IMG/VR virus record: IMGVR_UViG_3300020047_016550
Span: 9,392-73,391 of that record
Source of the DNA: a virus
Taxonomy: Duplodnaviria > Caudoviricetes
Length of the DNA: 64,000 nucleotides
Reading direction: 5' to 3' (one strand)
Within the stretch, counting starts at the first letter, position 1. Each line of letters starts with the position of its first letter. A program made the translations under genes and the position numbers. Shown piece by piece: positions 17,460 through 26,997 of the stretch. The notes beneath the pieces are model-generated. The model did no database searches, was not told the DNA's origin, and was given only the letters and a program-made list of their open reading frames with translations.

Positions 17460-17498
17460 TTTGAAAATATTAAAAAAACGTTGTATGTTTGTGCAACA
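17460..17498 (+). promoter_or_regulatory. Bacteroidota sigma-A promoter overlapped by operator copy 2
   Basis: TTTG (17460)-N20-TATGTTTG (17484) perfect consensus; 28 bp identical to 22390-22417. Confidence 0.8.
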
Positions 17499-17507
17499 CA
17501 AAAGCGT

Positions 17508-19154
17508 ATGAAAAAACCAAGAGATTATCAGATTGAAGGCGTTGTAGCTTCGGAAGCTGCATTAAAAAGAGGCGTAGACAGACAGCTTATAGTTTACGCA
17601 ACCGGATTGGGAAAGACATTTACGGCCGTTACCATTGCAAAAAAAATGAAAAGAATGCTATGGCTGACACACCGTGAAGAATTGATAGGACAGTCGGCCC
17701 TTTCTTTTGCTTATGACATATTTGAATATGAAAAAGCAAACATCATAAGCGACGAAGGAATCATTCCTCTGCTTAAAAGAATCAAAAAACAAAAGTTGGA
17801 CCAGCCTTCCATTTTTAATCCCGATGCCAATTTTTATTACGAAATAAAAAGAAACATCGGAATCATAAAAGAAGAAAACTTTGATATTGACGCAAAATAC
17901 GTTTTTGCTTCGGTACAGACTCTTTACAACAGGCTTGAATTAATATCCCCGGATCATTTTGACGGAATAATCATTGACGAAGCACACCTTTCAATGGCCG
18001 AAACATGGAAAGCGTGCGTTGAACATTTTAAGTTCAGGATTCTTATCGGACTTACCGCTACACCGAAAAGGCTTGACGGATTGCCGTTGACCCATATTTT
18101 TAAAGAAGTGGTTATTGAAAAAGACATTCTTTTCGGAATAAAAAACGGATGGCTTGTTCCCATAAAAGCGGTAAGGGTTAAAACAAAACTGAATATTTCA
18201 AAAGTTTCTTCAACCGGAGGTGATTTCAATACCAAAGACCTTGAAATAATTAACTGCCGGGAAAGAAATGAACTTATTGTTGAGTCTTACATAAAAGAAG
18301 CAAAAGGTTTAAAAGCTATTTTATTTTGTTCCAGCGTGCGTCATGCAATTGATTTATGCGAAGTTTTTTTGGAATACGGAATAACAGCTTCATTTGTGTG
18401 TGCTGATAAGAATATATGTCCGGACAGAAAACAACGTCTTGCAAAGCATAAAAAAGGCGAAATTGATGTAATGCTGAACGTTGACATTCTTACTGCCGGA
18501 TACGACGATCCGACAATAAAAGTAATCGGTCACGCAAGCCCAACACAAAGTCTTGTGGCATACCTTCAGAGAACCGGAAGGGGGACAAGGCCGTTACCGG
18601 GACTTGTGGACGGACTGGACAGTGCCAAAGACCGTATTGCCGCAATCCTGAATTCCGAAAAACCGGAAATGATTCTTTTGGATTTTGTCGACATAACGAC
18701 AAAACACAACCTGGTTAACAGTTTTACCCTTGATGAAGGGAAAGAAATAGAAGATCTTGTTTTCGTAACAAATGAAGAACGTCAAAAGCTCGAAGAAGAA
18801 CGTATACGCCAGCTTGAAGCAGTTACGGAAGAAACTGAATATGTTGATCTGTTAAAACTTCCAAAACATAATTCCCTTCAGTTTGCTTCAGATAAAATGA
18901 GAGAACCGGCCACTCCCGGCCAGCTTGATTTTTTACGGAAACTCGGTGTTTACCAAGATGGGGTATTTTATACAAAAGGCCAATGTACTGAACTTATTTC
19001 AAGCGCCCAGGCAAGTGCGGCCCACAAAGAACTCTTACGTAAAAACGGTTATGACATATCCATGGGATGCACCATTGCACAGGCAAATGCCGCGCTTTTG
19101 GAATTAAGGAGCAAAGAAATGAAAATGAGCACTTCGTTTAAAGGCCTTATGTAA
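17508..19154 (+). CDS. SF2 DEAH helicase (RadD/Irc3-like)
   Basis: RDYQ, ATGLGKT, DEAH, GLTATP, QRTGRGTR motifs. Confidence 0.92.
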   Translation: MKKPRDYQIEGVVASEAALKRGVDRQLIVYATGLGKTFTAVTIAKKMKRMLWLTHREELIGQSALSFAYDIFEYEKANIISDEGIIPLLKRIKKQKLDQPSIFNPDANFYYEIKRNIGIIKEENFDIDAKYVFASVQTLYNRLELISPDHFDGIIIDEAHLSMAETWKACVEHFKFRILIGLTATPKRLDGLPLTHIFKEVVIEKDILFGIKNGWLVPIKAVRVKTKLNISKVSSTGGDFNTKDLEIINCRERNELIVESYIKEAKGLKAILFCSSVRHAIDLCEVFLEYGITASFVCADKNICPDRKQRLAKHKKGEIDVMLNVDILTAGYDDPTIKVIGHASPTQSLVAYLQRTGRGTRPLPGLVDGLDSAKDRIAAILNSEKPEMILLDFVDITTKHNLVNSFTLDEGKEIEDLVFVTNEERQKLEEERIRQLEAVTEETEYVDLLKLPKHNSLQFASDKMREPATPGQLDFLRKLGVYQDGVFYTKGQCTELISSAQASAAHKELLRKNGYDISMGCTIAQANAALLELRSKEMKMSTSFKGLM

Positions 19155-19184
19155 TTCGCGGTATTTTATAGTTTTTAAAAATCT

Positions 19185-19769
19185 ATGAATTTCACAAGTA
19201 AAAAAGATACCAAAATGCCCAAAGGATTCAGTTACATAAACCACGAAAAAAGGTCCCGTTTAAAATTAACGGTCAATGAGTACATTTTTGCCGACTATCT
19301 GGAACAGTGTTTAAAAACGGATATCAAAATAAACACGGAAAGCCTTGTTAAAATGATGGGGCCGGACGTAATTGAAAAACCCGTTGAAACACTTGATTCC
19401 TTAAAATTTAAAGGAATAATCAATTACACAAAAATCAACGGAATTTTTAATGTTGAAATGACAAACGTATGGGGCCTTGTTTCCAAAAAAGACGAGCTGT
19501 TTGAAAAAATATGGAAAATTCTCCGTAATAAAGGAACCAAAGAGAAAGCGCGGAAAAATTTCGTAAAAACGATCCGTGTGGTTCCTTATGAAACACTTGA
19601 AAAAGCTGCTTTAAAACTTGTCAGTGAAACCCCGGACGTGACATTCCAGATGTCCGGACATAATTTTCTTGATCCATCGATTAAAGCCTGGGAAGACATA
19701 CTTGCAAAAAAAGCCGAAGAACCGGTAAATAAAATTGCAGTTCCGGACGGCAGAAAGGAGACCCGATGA
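19185..19769 (+). CDS. Phage replication initiator / replisome organiser
   Basis: N-terminal wHTH-like region; C-terminal FE.IW....KG.K..A.K.F...FL....W.D; overlaps dnaB start. Confidence 0.65.
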   Translation: MNFTSKKDTKMPKGFSYINHEKRSRLKLTVNEYIFADYLEQCLKTDIKINTESLVKMMGPDVIEKPVETLDSLKFKGIINYTKINGIFNVEMTNVWGLVSKKDELFEKIWKILRNKGTKEKARKNFVKTIRVVPYETLEKAALKLVSETPDVTFQMSGHNFLDPSIKAWEDILAKKAEEPVNKIAVPDGRKETR

Positions 19770-21148
19770 AAGAAAAAGAAATTTTGGGTAAAGTGCCTCC
19801 CAATGCGGTTGAAGTTGAAGAAGCCGTATTGGGAGCACTTCTTCTTGAAAAAGATTCATTTTTCATTGTTGACATGATATTAAACGAAGACTGTTTTTAT
19901 AAAGAAGAACACAAAATCGTTTATTCGGCAATAAAGGAACTGAACCAAAAAAATGAGCCTTGCGACATTCTTTCGGTAACAAATTTTTTGCGAAAAAAAG
20001 GGAAACTGAATGACGTGGGCGGTGCATATTATATTGCATGGCTTACAAACAGGGTAGGTTCGGGTGTTAATATTGAATATCATTCAAAGATAGTCAAAGA
20101 ACAATGGATCAAACGGGAACTCATAAATATCGGTTCGCGTTTAATGATGGAAGCCTATGACAACCAGGTTGAAGCTTATGACATTCTTGATAAAGCAGGT
20201 TATTATCTGTCAAAAATTGAAACAGGACAAAATTCTTCCAGTTTAAAAACTGCCGCGCAGCTTTCAAAAGAAGTCTGGGATTATTCAATAAAAGTAGCGG
20301 CCGGTGAAGATATGGGAGGTATTTATTCCGGGATAGAGTCAATAGACAAAATTACGGGAAAATGGCTTCCCGGAGACCTTGTTTTAATAGGCGGACGTCC
20401 TTCAATGGGAAAAACCATGACAATGATGAACATTGTTATGAGTAATGCCATAGAAAAAAGAAAAGGCCTTGTTATTTCCATTGAAATGAAAGACCTTAAA
20501 TTGGGGATTCGTCTTGCTGCTTCACTTGCCGAAATTGATTCCGAAAAAATCAAAAACGGAACGATGACTACCGAAGAACGGAAAGCTTTTGACAAAGCAA
20601 TCGGTTATATGGAACAAATGCCTATTTTAATTGAGGATTCCATTACCGATATCAACAAAATCAAAAGTCTTGTCCGGAAAGTCAAAAGAAAAAATCCCGA
20701 TCTGGAATACGTAATGATTGATTACGTACAAAAAGCAACCGGTAAAAATCCTGAAATAAGCAATCCGAGCAGGGAACAGCAGATATCGTATATCAGCGGG
20801 CTTTGTAAAACAATCGCAAAAGAAGAAAAAGTCGTTGTGGTATTGCTTAGCCAGTTATCGAGAATTGACGGAAAAACAAAAGATTTTGATTCCAAAAAAC
20901 CTGATCTTTCGGATTTACGTGAATCCGGAAGTCTTGAACAGGATGCGGATATTGTACTTTTCCCGTTCAGGCCGGCGTATTACCGAGAATATGAAGGAGC
21001 AAACGGAGAAGATATTACGGACGATATCTGGTTTCTTATCCGTAAAAACCGGGACGGTTCTATCGGTGACGGCGTTTCAAAATGTAACCTGAGAACACAA
21101 AAAATTATTTCAACACAACTTTACAATTCACAAACAGAGTTATTTTAA
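19766..21148 (+). CDS. dnaB: Replicative DNA helicase DnaB
   Basis: PP...E.E.AVLG, GRPSMGKT, IDYVQ, SQLSR, DLRESGSLEQDAD, KNRDG. Confidence 0.97.
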   Translation: MKEKEILGKVPPNAVEVEEAVLGALLLEKDSFFIVDMILNEDCFYKEEHKIVYSAIKELNQKNEPCDILSVTNFLRKKGKLNDVGGAYYIAWLTNRVGSGVNIEYHSKIVKEQWIKRELINIGSRLMMEAYDNQVEAYDILDKAGYYLSKIETGQNSSSLKTAAQLSKEVWDYSIKVAAGEDMGGIYSGIESIDKITGKWLPGDLVLIGGRPSMGKTMTMMNIVMSNAIEKRKGLVISIEMKDLKLGIRLAASLAEIDSEKIKNGTMTTEERKAFDKAIGYMEQMPILIEDSITDINKIKSLVRKVKRKNPDLEYVMIDYVQKATGKNPEISNPSREQQISYISGLCKTIAKEEKVVVVLLSQLSRIDGKTKDFDSKKPDLSDLRESGSLEQDADIVLFPFRPAYYREYEGANGEDITDDIWFLIRKNRDGSIGDGVSKCNLRTQKIISTQLYNSQTELF

Positions 21149-21150
21149 TC

Positions 21151-22125
21151 ATGAACATTACAGTAAGATCAAAAGCGCAGATTGAACAGGATTTTTCCGG
21201 GTTCAAAAAATTGATTGAGGATTACAATGCCAAAATATCAAAAATTGAAGTAAAAGACGATGTTTCCGAAACGGAGCTTTCGTTAATGCTGAAATCGTTA
21301 AACGATTTGGATAAACAGATCGACGACAAACGCAAAGAACTTAACAGTCCTTTCCAAGAACAAATTACGCTGCATAACGACGTGGCAAAGTTTGTAATGG
21401 GATTGACGCCCCAGGTATTAACCGAAGGCCGTAAAAAGCTTGCGGATTACCGTATCCGCAAGGAAGAAGAAAATAAACGGAAAGCCGAAGAGCTTAAGAA
21501 AAAAGCCGAAGAACAGAAAAAAACAATCAATGCCGACGAGGCTGAACAGAATGTTTTAAAAATCAGGCTTCTTGAGCACGCAAAAAGCACTATTCTTAAA
21601 ATTGCCGAAACCGAAACATACGAGCAGTTGAATTCCGTTTTTGATACTGAATTTCGTAAATACGGCTGGGACGAATTTAAATCGGTGGAAAAATCGGTGG
21701 AAAAAACAAAAGAAATCATCAAGAATGCTGCTTCAAGCCGGAAAGTGTTTGTAATGATTGAAGAGCCGAACGAACAGCAGCTCAAAGACGCACAAACTGT
21801 TTTAAGCCAGATTTTCAAAACCAAAACGGACATTGAAGGTTTAATCAAAAAATTGTCCGAAAAAACGGCTAAAACCGTTGAAAAAATGGAAGAAGTTGCC
21901 GTTGCGACAATTGAAGCCAACAAGTTAACCAAAGCTTCAACCGGTTTAAGAAAAACCTGGACTTTTGATGTTTTGGACATCAGTAAAATTCCCATTGAAT
22001 ATCTTCAGGTAAACGAAAAAGCAATTAAGAATTACATTGCCAAAAATCTTCAGGGTACCAAAAAAGAAGAAGATGTTTCAATCGAAGGAATCCGTTTCTA
22101 CAAAAAAGCAAGTGCAACACTTTAG
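21151..22125 (+). CDS. Coiled-coil phage protein with Gp157/Gam-like C-terminus
   Basis: Long heptad region; RK.WTF.V.D...IP.EYL.VNE.AI...IEGIRFY. Confidence 0.55.
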   Translation: MNITVRSKAQIEQDFSGFKKLIEDYNAKISKIEVKDDVSETELSLMLKSLNDLDKQIDDKRKELNSPFQEQITLHNDVAKFVMGLTPQVLTEGRKKLADYRIRKEEENKRKAEELKKKAEEQKKTINADEAEQNVLKIRLLEHAKSTILKIAETETYEQLNSVFDTEFRKYGWDEFKSVEKSVEKTKEIIKNAASSRKVFVMIEEPNEQQLKDAQTVLSQIFKTKTDIEGLIKKLSEKTAKTVEKMEEVAVATIEANKLTKASTGLRKTWTFDVLDISKIPIEYLQVNEKAIKNYIAKNLQGTKKEEDVSIEGIRFYKKASATL

Positions 22126-22164
22126 AAAAAGCCCGAAAGGGCTTTTTTCTTTGATTAAATCATC

Positions 22165-22392
22165 ATGAAAATAAATTCTGTAAAAGACCTGGCAAATATG
22201 GCAGCCGAAGTTTCCGGAATTAAAGACGTAAATCCGGAATCACTCATTAAGCGCTTTTTTAAATTTACGGAAACGCAGACCAGAATGAACAGAAGTCCAA
22301 ACTGGTCCTTTGTGCGTTTTATAAAAATCAGACCAAAAAAGACAAAAAGAAAAAAAAAGACGGGTCATTTAAAAAATAGTTTCAAAATCTAA
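22165..22392 (+). CDS. Short HU/IHF-like basic protein
   Basis: KDL...AAEVSGI...LI..FF helices then beta strands and Lys/Arg tail; weak resemblance. Confidence 0.4.
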   Translation: MKINSVKDLANMAAEVSGIKDVNPESLIKRFFKFTETQTRMNRSPNWSFVRFIKIRPKKTKRKKKTGHLKNSFKI

Positions 22393-22417
22393 AAAAACGT
22401 TGTATGTTTGTGCAACA
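22380..22417 (+). promoter_or_regulatory. Promoter overlapped by operator copy 3
   Basis: TTTC-N19-TATGTTTG; 28-bp identity with 17471-17498. Confidence 0.75.
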
Positions 22418-22438
22418 AATTTTAATAAAGTATAAAGT

Positions 22439-23122
22439 ATGAAAGCAAAGTCAACAGGAAACGGAGAAGGTAATTATGCTATGCCCACACCAGGTTCACA
22501 ACAAGCAATTTTAACTCAGGTAATCGATCTTGGAACACAAAAAGAAGATTTCAAAGGTGAAGAAAAATTAATCCATAAAGTGAGAATCGGATTTGAGCTT
22601 ACCGACGAATTTTATGAAAAAGGAGAGAACAAAGAGAAAGTGCCTTTTACCGTATCAAGGGATTTCACTTTTTCAACTTCAAGCAAGGCCCATTTACGAG
22701 CTTTCATTGAAGGTGCGATTGCCAGAAAAATTACCGCCGAAGAAGAAGAAGAAGGATTTGATCTTTTTACGCTTTTGCCGGGAAAAAACAAATCGGGCAA
22801 TTTTATCATCAACCTTTCAATCAACAAAAGCACAAAAGGGAAAGATTATGTGTTTATTAACAGCATAAGCCCTTTAATGAAAGGACAGGTTGAGAAAAAG
22901 CCAAAAACGGCATTGGTAAAATTTGATTTCACCAGTGATGAACCGACCGGCCGCTACCGTGATTCTTCCCACGACGTAACCGGACACATTGAAACATTCG
23001 AAGTTCTTCCAGAATACGTACAAAAGAAAATTAAAGCTTCCATGGAATACTCTTCAGTGTTTCTTAAAAAAGATACTGAAGACGGAATTTCCGAAGAGCA
23101 AAGTGATGATGTACCGTTTTAA
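22439..23122 (+). CDS. Phage single-stranded DNA-binding protein
   Basis: P.PG...A....VIDLGTQ, FEL, L..FIE, acidic C-terminus DDVPF. Confidence 0.8.
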   Translation: MKAKSTGNGEGNYAMPTPGSQQAILTQVIDLGTQKEDFKGEEKLIHKVRIGFELTDEFYEKGENKEKVPFTVSRDFTFSTSSKAHLRAFIEGAIARKITAEEEEEGFDLFTLLPGKNKSGNFIINLSINKSTKGKDYVFINSISPLMKGQVEKKPKTALVKFDFTSDEPTGRYRDSSHDVTGHIETFEVLPEYVQKKIKASMEYSSVFLKKDTEDGISEEQSDDVPF

Positions 23123-23159
23123 CACAAAGGGCGAAAGCCCTTTTTTTTCTTTTTAAAAT

Positions 23160-23645
23160 ATGAAAGTAAAAGCAAAAAACGTAAGTCCCGCAAAAATCAT
23201 TTCCTGGGATCCCGGAAATTATACGGTTCTGATTAAAAACATGCAGTTGGCCAGGACAAAATACGGCCAGCCGATAATGACTAAAAACCAGGAACCAAAA
23301 ATTGAAGTCATTTTTAAATGCATAAACACCAAGAAAGAGATTTCTTATTTCTTTTTTGATACGGAAAAATCAAAATGGATAATCAAAAAACTTTGTAAAG
23401 CCGTTGGTATTCCCGAAACAAAAACCATTGATGTTTCACTTTTTGTCAAAAAGCCCGTTGTTATTTCAGTGCGTCATTGTAAATACAGTGAAGACGGAGA
23501 AACAGTTTTGCATGATTCACTCGGTAATGAAATCATAACCGTTGAAGTATTTGACTTTATGAATGTGGAAGGTGCTCCTTCCCAGCTTGAAGAAGACAAG
23601 TTTATCTTTTACAGAAGTGCCGCGGAATTAAAATGGAACCAGTGA
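23160..23645 (+). CDS. DUF669-like SSB-family protein
   Basis: PG.Y.V.I, IEV.F, KKLC.AVG, K.VVI.V pattern. Confidence 0.55.
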   Translation: MKVKAKNVSPAKIISWDPGNYTVLIKNMQLARTKYGQPIMTKNQEPKIEVIFKCINTKKEISYFFFDTEKSKWIIKKLCKAVGIPETKTIDVSLFVKKPVVISVRHCKYSEDGETVLHDSLGNEIITVEVFDFMNVEGAPSQLEEDKFIFYRSAAELKWNQ

Positions 23646-23646
23646 T

Positions 23647-24114
23647 ATGGAAGATACGATTAATTTTTACGGCACCGTAATCAACGGTAAACTGATGCAT
23701 TATAAACCGAATTTATTCCATAAGCATTTAATGTCGCTTGACGGAAAAGAATTCCAGCTCAGGGTTGTCCAGAGAGAAGAACCGACTACGGTTAACCAGC
23801 ACGCTTATTACAGGTACGGCATCATAAAACAGACCTGCATGAAAACAGAAATTTTCGGAGGCTGGAAAGAAAATGAAATTCATGATTTTTTTGTTGACAG
23901 GTTTTTGAGTGTGGAAGTAATAAAAGAAATTGACGACGAACAGGTAATATTCAAGAAGAAAAAAAGCACATCAAACCTGAGTAAAAAAGCATTTGCGCAA
24001 TTTATAAACGATGTGAATGAGTTTTTGGCCCAGTATGACATTTATCCTTTATTGCCGGAAGAATACCACTCCGAAAAACATAGAGGAAATGAATCTGAAC
24101 AAAGAAAAACTTAA
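23647..24114 (+). CDS. NinB/Orf-like recombination protein
   Basis: T..Q.AYY...I, E.H..F...FL, STS.LSK..F..FI. Confidence 0.7.
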   Translation: MEDTINFYGTVINGKLMHYKPNLFHKHLMSLDGKEFQLRVVQREEPTTVNQHAYYRYGIIKQTCMKTEIFGGWKENEIHDFFVDRFLSVEVIKEIDDEQVIFKKKKSTSNLSKKAFAQFINDVNEFLAQYDIYPLLPEEYHSEKHRGNESEQRKT

Positions 24115-24490
24115 AACAAATCCCGTAAGCGTTCTGGTACAGGACGATTTACTGAGAAACGAAGTTAAATTCAGGCTGGATAACAGCGGATATTCAATGT
24201 CCGCAATATGCCAAAGATTGAGGGAAGCCGGTGTTGCCATAGACAAAACCCGGCTTTCCAGATATCTTTCGCTGACAGGTGAAAAAAACGGGCTTACCGA
24301 TGAAATACTCATAGCGCTATGTAAGTTTTTGGGCATATCCATAGAGCTCAAAGTAAAATATACCGGAAGAACGGAAAAAGAAAACATTAAAGAACTTTTA
24401 ATTTACATCAATGGCCTTAAAGAAATCAGAAAAGAAAAGCCGAAAAGACAGGCCGAAAGTCCTATTTTTGACCCAGACGCCGACTTTTAA
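24089..24490 (+). CDS. XRE-family helix-turn-helix regulator
   Basis: SMSAICQRL...IDKTRLSRYL...LIALCKFLGI. Confidence 0.65.
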   Translation: MNLNKEKLKTNPVSVLVQDDLLRNEVKFRLDNSGYSMSAICQRLREAGVAIDKTRLSRYLSLTGEKNGLTDEILIALCKFLGISIELKVKYTGRTEKENIKELLIYINGLKEIRKEKPKRQAESPIFDPDADF

Positions 24491-24959
24491 GGAAGTAAAA
24501 AAACTGAAGGTTGAGAATGCTGTTTTTATTCCGGGAGACGTAATTTCTTCAAAAAACTCAAAAGTTAATATACGGATCAAAAACAGCAAGTTTAATCCTT
24601 CAATAATGAGCCCGGCCGCAACCAGGTATTTAAAAGTATCAAAAAACGACTGGGAAAACATGGCAATGGTTTTCAGGCATAAAGTAAGACTTCTTCAGGA
24701 CAGTTTTCCGCTTTTCCTACAGTTCATTTTTGTAAGACAGGAAAAAAGGCTTTTTGATTATCACAACATGGTTCAATTTCCGGTAGACATCATGCAGAAA
24801 TTTGGATGGATTAATGATGATGATATAAGCCAAATTATAATTATCCCTTACCACACTGTTTTTTTAAACCGTGAAAAACCGGGTATGTACATAAAAGTAC
24901 TTACCAAAGAAGAAATAGAAATATTCAAAATAATAGGAGACGTACAGTATGATGAATAG
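24411..24959 (+). CDS. RusA-like Holliday junction resolvase (start uncertain)
   Basis: FIP..V.SSKNS, F.F.R...R.FD..N, D......I.DDD. Confidence 0.7.
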   Translation: MALKKSEKKSRKDRPKVLFLTQTPTFKEVKKLKVENAVFIPGDVISSKNSKVNIRIKNSKFNPSIMSPAATRYLKVSKNDWENMAMVFRHKVRLLQDSFPLFLQFIFVRQEKRLFDYHNMVQFPVDIMQKFGWINDDDISQIIIIPYHTVFLNREKPGMYIKVLTKEEIEIFKIIGDVQYDE

Positions 24960-26016
24960 AAAATATCTGTTTTCCCGTGGTTTTTTATATTTTAAGGACC
25001 AATCCGGAAAAGAATACAGAAGTATAGAATTGTCCATGCCCCATTTTCCTGAAAACATTCTTAACAATGACAGGATGTTTATAAAAAAAGCCCTTTCAAA
25101 TTTTTCGGACACACAAATTTCAAAACTGCAGGTAACTTCTTACGGTCTTCCAAAAATATTCAGGAAAGAACTCTCTGAACCTTTTTTTGAAAGCAACATT
25201 ACAATCAAAGAATGGTTTGAATTGGGACTTCTCTTTTCCGCAGACAAAGAAAAACTTTATAAGGACGTGAATAATTTCACCAAAAATGTTGTGTTTGAAG
25301 ACAAGCATATCACATGGAAACCGATTCTTGAAAAACTTTTTGTTTTGCCGGAAGTAAAAAAATATCTTGAATTCGTGAAAGAAGAACGAAAATCAAAAAA
25401 CATATTTCCTTCCGAAAAAGAAATGTTCAATGCTTTTAAGTTTACGCAGTTTAATGCGGTAAACGTGGTAATCGTGGGCCAGGATCCTTATCCTACCGCC
25501 GGACATGCACACGGACTTTCTTTTAGTTGTTTAAAAGGGATTCCGGCTTCGCTGAAAAATATATATACCGAAATTACTTTCGAACTATACAATACAAAAA
25601 ACTTCAGTGATTATTTTGCCGACGGGAACCTTATACCCTGGGCCGAACAGGGAGTATTGCTTTTGAACACTGTTTTGAGCGTCGAAGAAGGAAAACCGGA
25701 AAGTCATGTAAAAAAAGGATGTGAAGTGTTGACATCAAACATAATTAAAAAACTTTCCGAAGAAAGAAAAAACATAGTGTTTATGTTATGGGGATCAAAA
25801 GCACAATCTTTCATTCCGTTAATCGACACAAAAAAACACCTTGTCCTTAAATCGGGCCATCCTTCACCAATGTCCGCAAACAAAGGTTTGTGGTTTGACA
25901 ACAAACATTTTGTACTGGCCAATGATTATTTTATAAAAAACGAAAAACCTATCATAAAGTGGACGGGTGAAAAAATTGAAAGAAAATCCCTAACCATTGA
26001 AACAGATGATTTTTAA
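24949..26016 (+). CDS. ung: Family-1 uracil-DNA glycosylase with N-terminal extension
   Basis: GQDPY, AHGLSFS, WAEQGVLLLN, FMLWG, HPSP motifs. Confidence 0.95.
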   Translation: MMNRKYLFSRGFLYFKDQSGKEYRSIELSMPHFPENILNNDRMFIKKALSNFSDTQISKLQVTSYGLPKIFRKELSEPFFESNITIKEWFELGLLFSADKEKLYKDVNNFTKNVVFEDKHITWKPILEKLFVLPEVKKYLEFVKEERKSKNIFPSEKEMFNAFKFTQFNAVNVVIVGQDPYPTAGHAHGLSFSCLKGIPASLKNIYTEITFELYNTKNFSDYFADGNLIPWAEQGVLLLNTVLSVEEGKPESHVKKGCEVLTSNIIKKLSEERKNIVFMLWGSKAQSFIPLIDTKKHLVLKSGHPSPMSANKGLWFDNKHFVLANDYFIKNEKPIIKWTGEKIERKSLTIETDDF

Positions 26017-26031
26017 ACAAAAAACAAAGCA

Positions 26032-26997
26032 ATGAATACCGTACATTTATACACCAATCCGTACAGAAGATTGCCGGGAGAAGAAATCCCGGTAATGCTT
26101 TCAAAAGGAACGATAAAACATTTTGTCGTTCCTTTTCATTTTAATGACAAAATCATTCCGTACAAAACGCGTTTCTTTCTGCATGAAAAAGAAACGGTAT
26201 GTAAAGGGAGCGCCACGGTAACGGGGATTGAAGAAATTTTTATCAGGATATCTTTGGGAAATCTTATTGTTTATTACGAAAATGAACAGCCCTGGAGCCG
26301 GTACATGACCAAAATGTTTATCCGGAATTGCGGTTTTCATTCTGATACCGAAATGATGAACTATTTAATATCCAGCCTTGGTGTCAATACCTCTACCGTA
26401 GGAAAACGTCTTAAACTGCTTTATTTTGGCAATTACGGGTATGATGAAAGGAATGTTATATGTCTTTCATGCGGAACGTTGAAGCATTCCCCGGCCGGAA
26501 GCTATATAAATCCGGAAACATCAAACCTGATATGTGAAGACAATACGCTGGGTATATGTACCAAATGCATAGGAAAAACTTTTGCGGAATTCGGCTATTC
26601 GTTTTTGTTCCCGAAGAACAACATAAAAAACAGAAATGTTTTGATAAATAATGACATTTTTGAACGGATTTCAATGAGGATTCCGGTTGAGGCATTTTTC
26701 TATTACAACATTCCCCGTTCGCACCTGGGCAATTTCAGCATTTCAAAAATCCAGGATCCAAACAGGCCTAAAAATTCCATAACCATAAGAATTAAAAGGG
26801 TGATTACTGAAAAAAGACTTGCAGAAAGCGCAAAAAAAGACATGGTTGTGATAAGCAGGTACGGAACCATAAAGCTGAAAAAAAAACAGTTTTTGAAAAA
26901 TATGGAAAGGATAAACGGCCAGACGGAAAATATTTATTCGGACCTTTTTTCAAGACAGTTTGTAAAAGGAAACATTAAATTTGAACATAAACAATGA
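26032..26997 (+). CDS. Hypothetical protein; possible ASCH-like N-domain and Cys4 zinc finger
   Basis: C....VTGIE.I.I...RNCGF.S..EM..Y; CLSC...CTKC. Confidence 0.5.
   Translation: MNTVHLYTNPYRRLPGEEIPVMLSKGTIKHFVVPFHFNDKIIPYKTRFFLHEKETVCKGSATVTGIEEIFIRISLGNLIVYYENEQPWSRYMTKMFIRNCGFHSDTEMMNYLISSLGVNTSTVGKRLKLLYFGNYGYDERNVICLSCGTLKHSPAGSYINPETSNLICEDNTLGICTKCIGKTFAEFGYSFLFPKNNIKNRNVLINNDIFERISMRIPVEAFFYYNIPRSHLGNFSISKIQDPNRPKNSITIRIKRVITEKRLAESAKKDMVVISRYGTIKLKKKQFLKNMERINGQTENIYSDLFSRQFVKGNIKFEHKQ

Larger units (their letters stand above)
827..23148 (+). repeat. Dispersed family of ~27 intergenic GC hairpins followed by T-tract and (T)AAAC-N2-6-ATG
   Basis: Copies near 827, 1094, 1228, 1292, 1473, 1716, 1974, 2306, 2896, 5357, 6337, 7808, 8211, 8835, 9294, 9974, 10263, 10771, 11060, 11401, 12177, 13219, 13824, 17211, 17435, 22125, 23126; several have TTCG, TACG or GAAA loops. 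Confidence 0.85.

Noticed and set aside
827-17460. Ladder hairpins as N4-type DNA hairpin promoters
   Set aside because: Loops are RNA-stabilising tetraloops with downstream U-tracts, and the same design occurs in late terminators; not excluded but less supported
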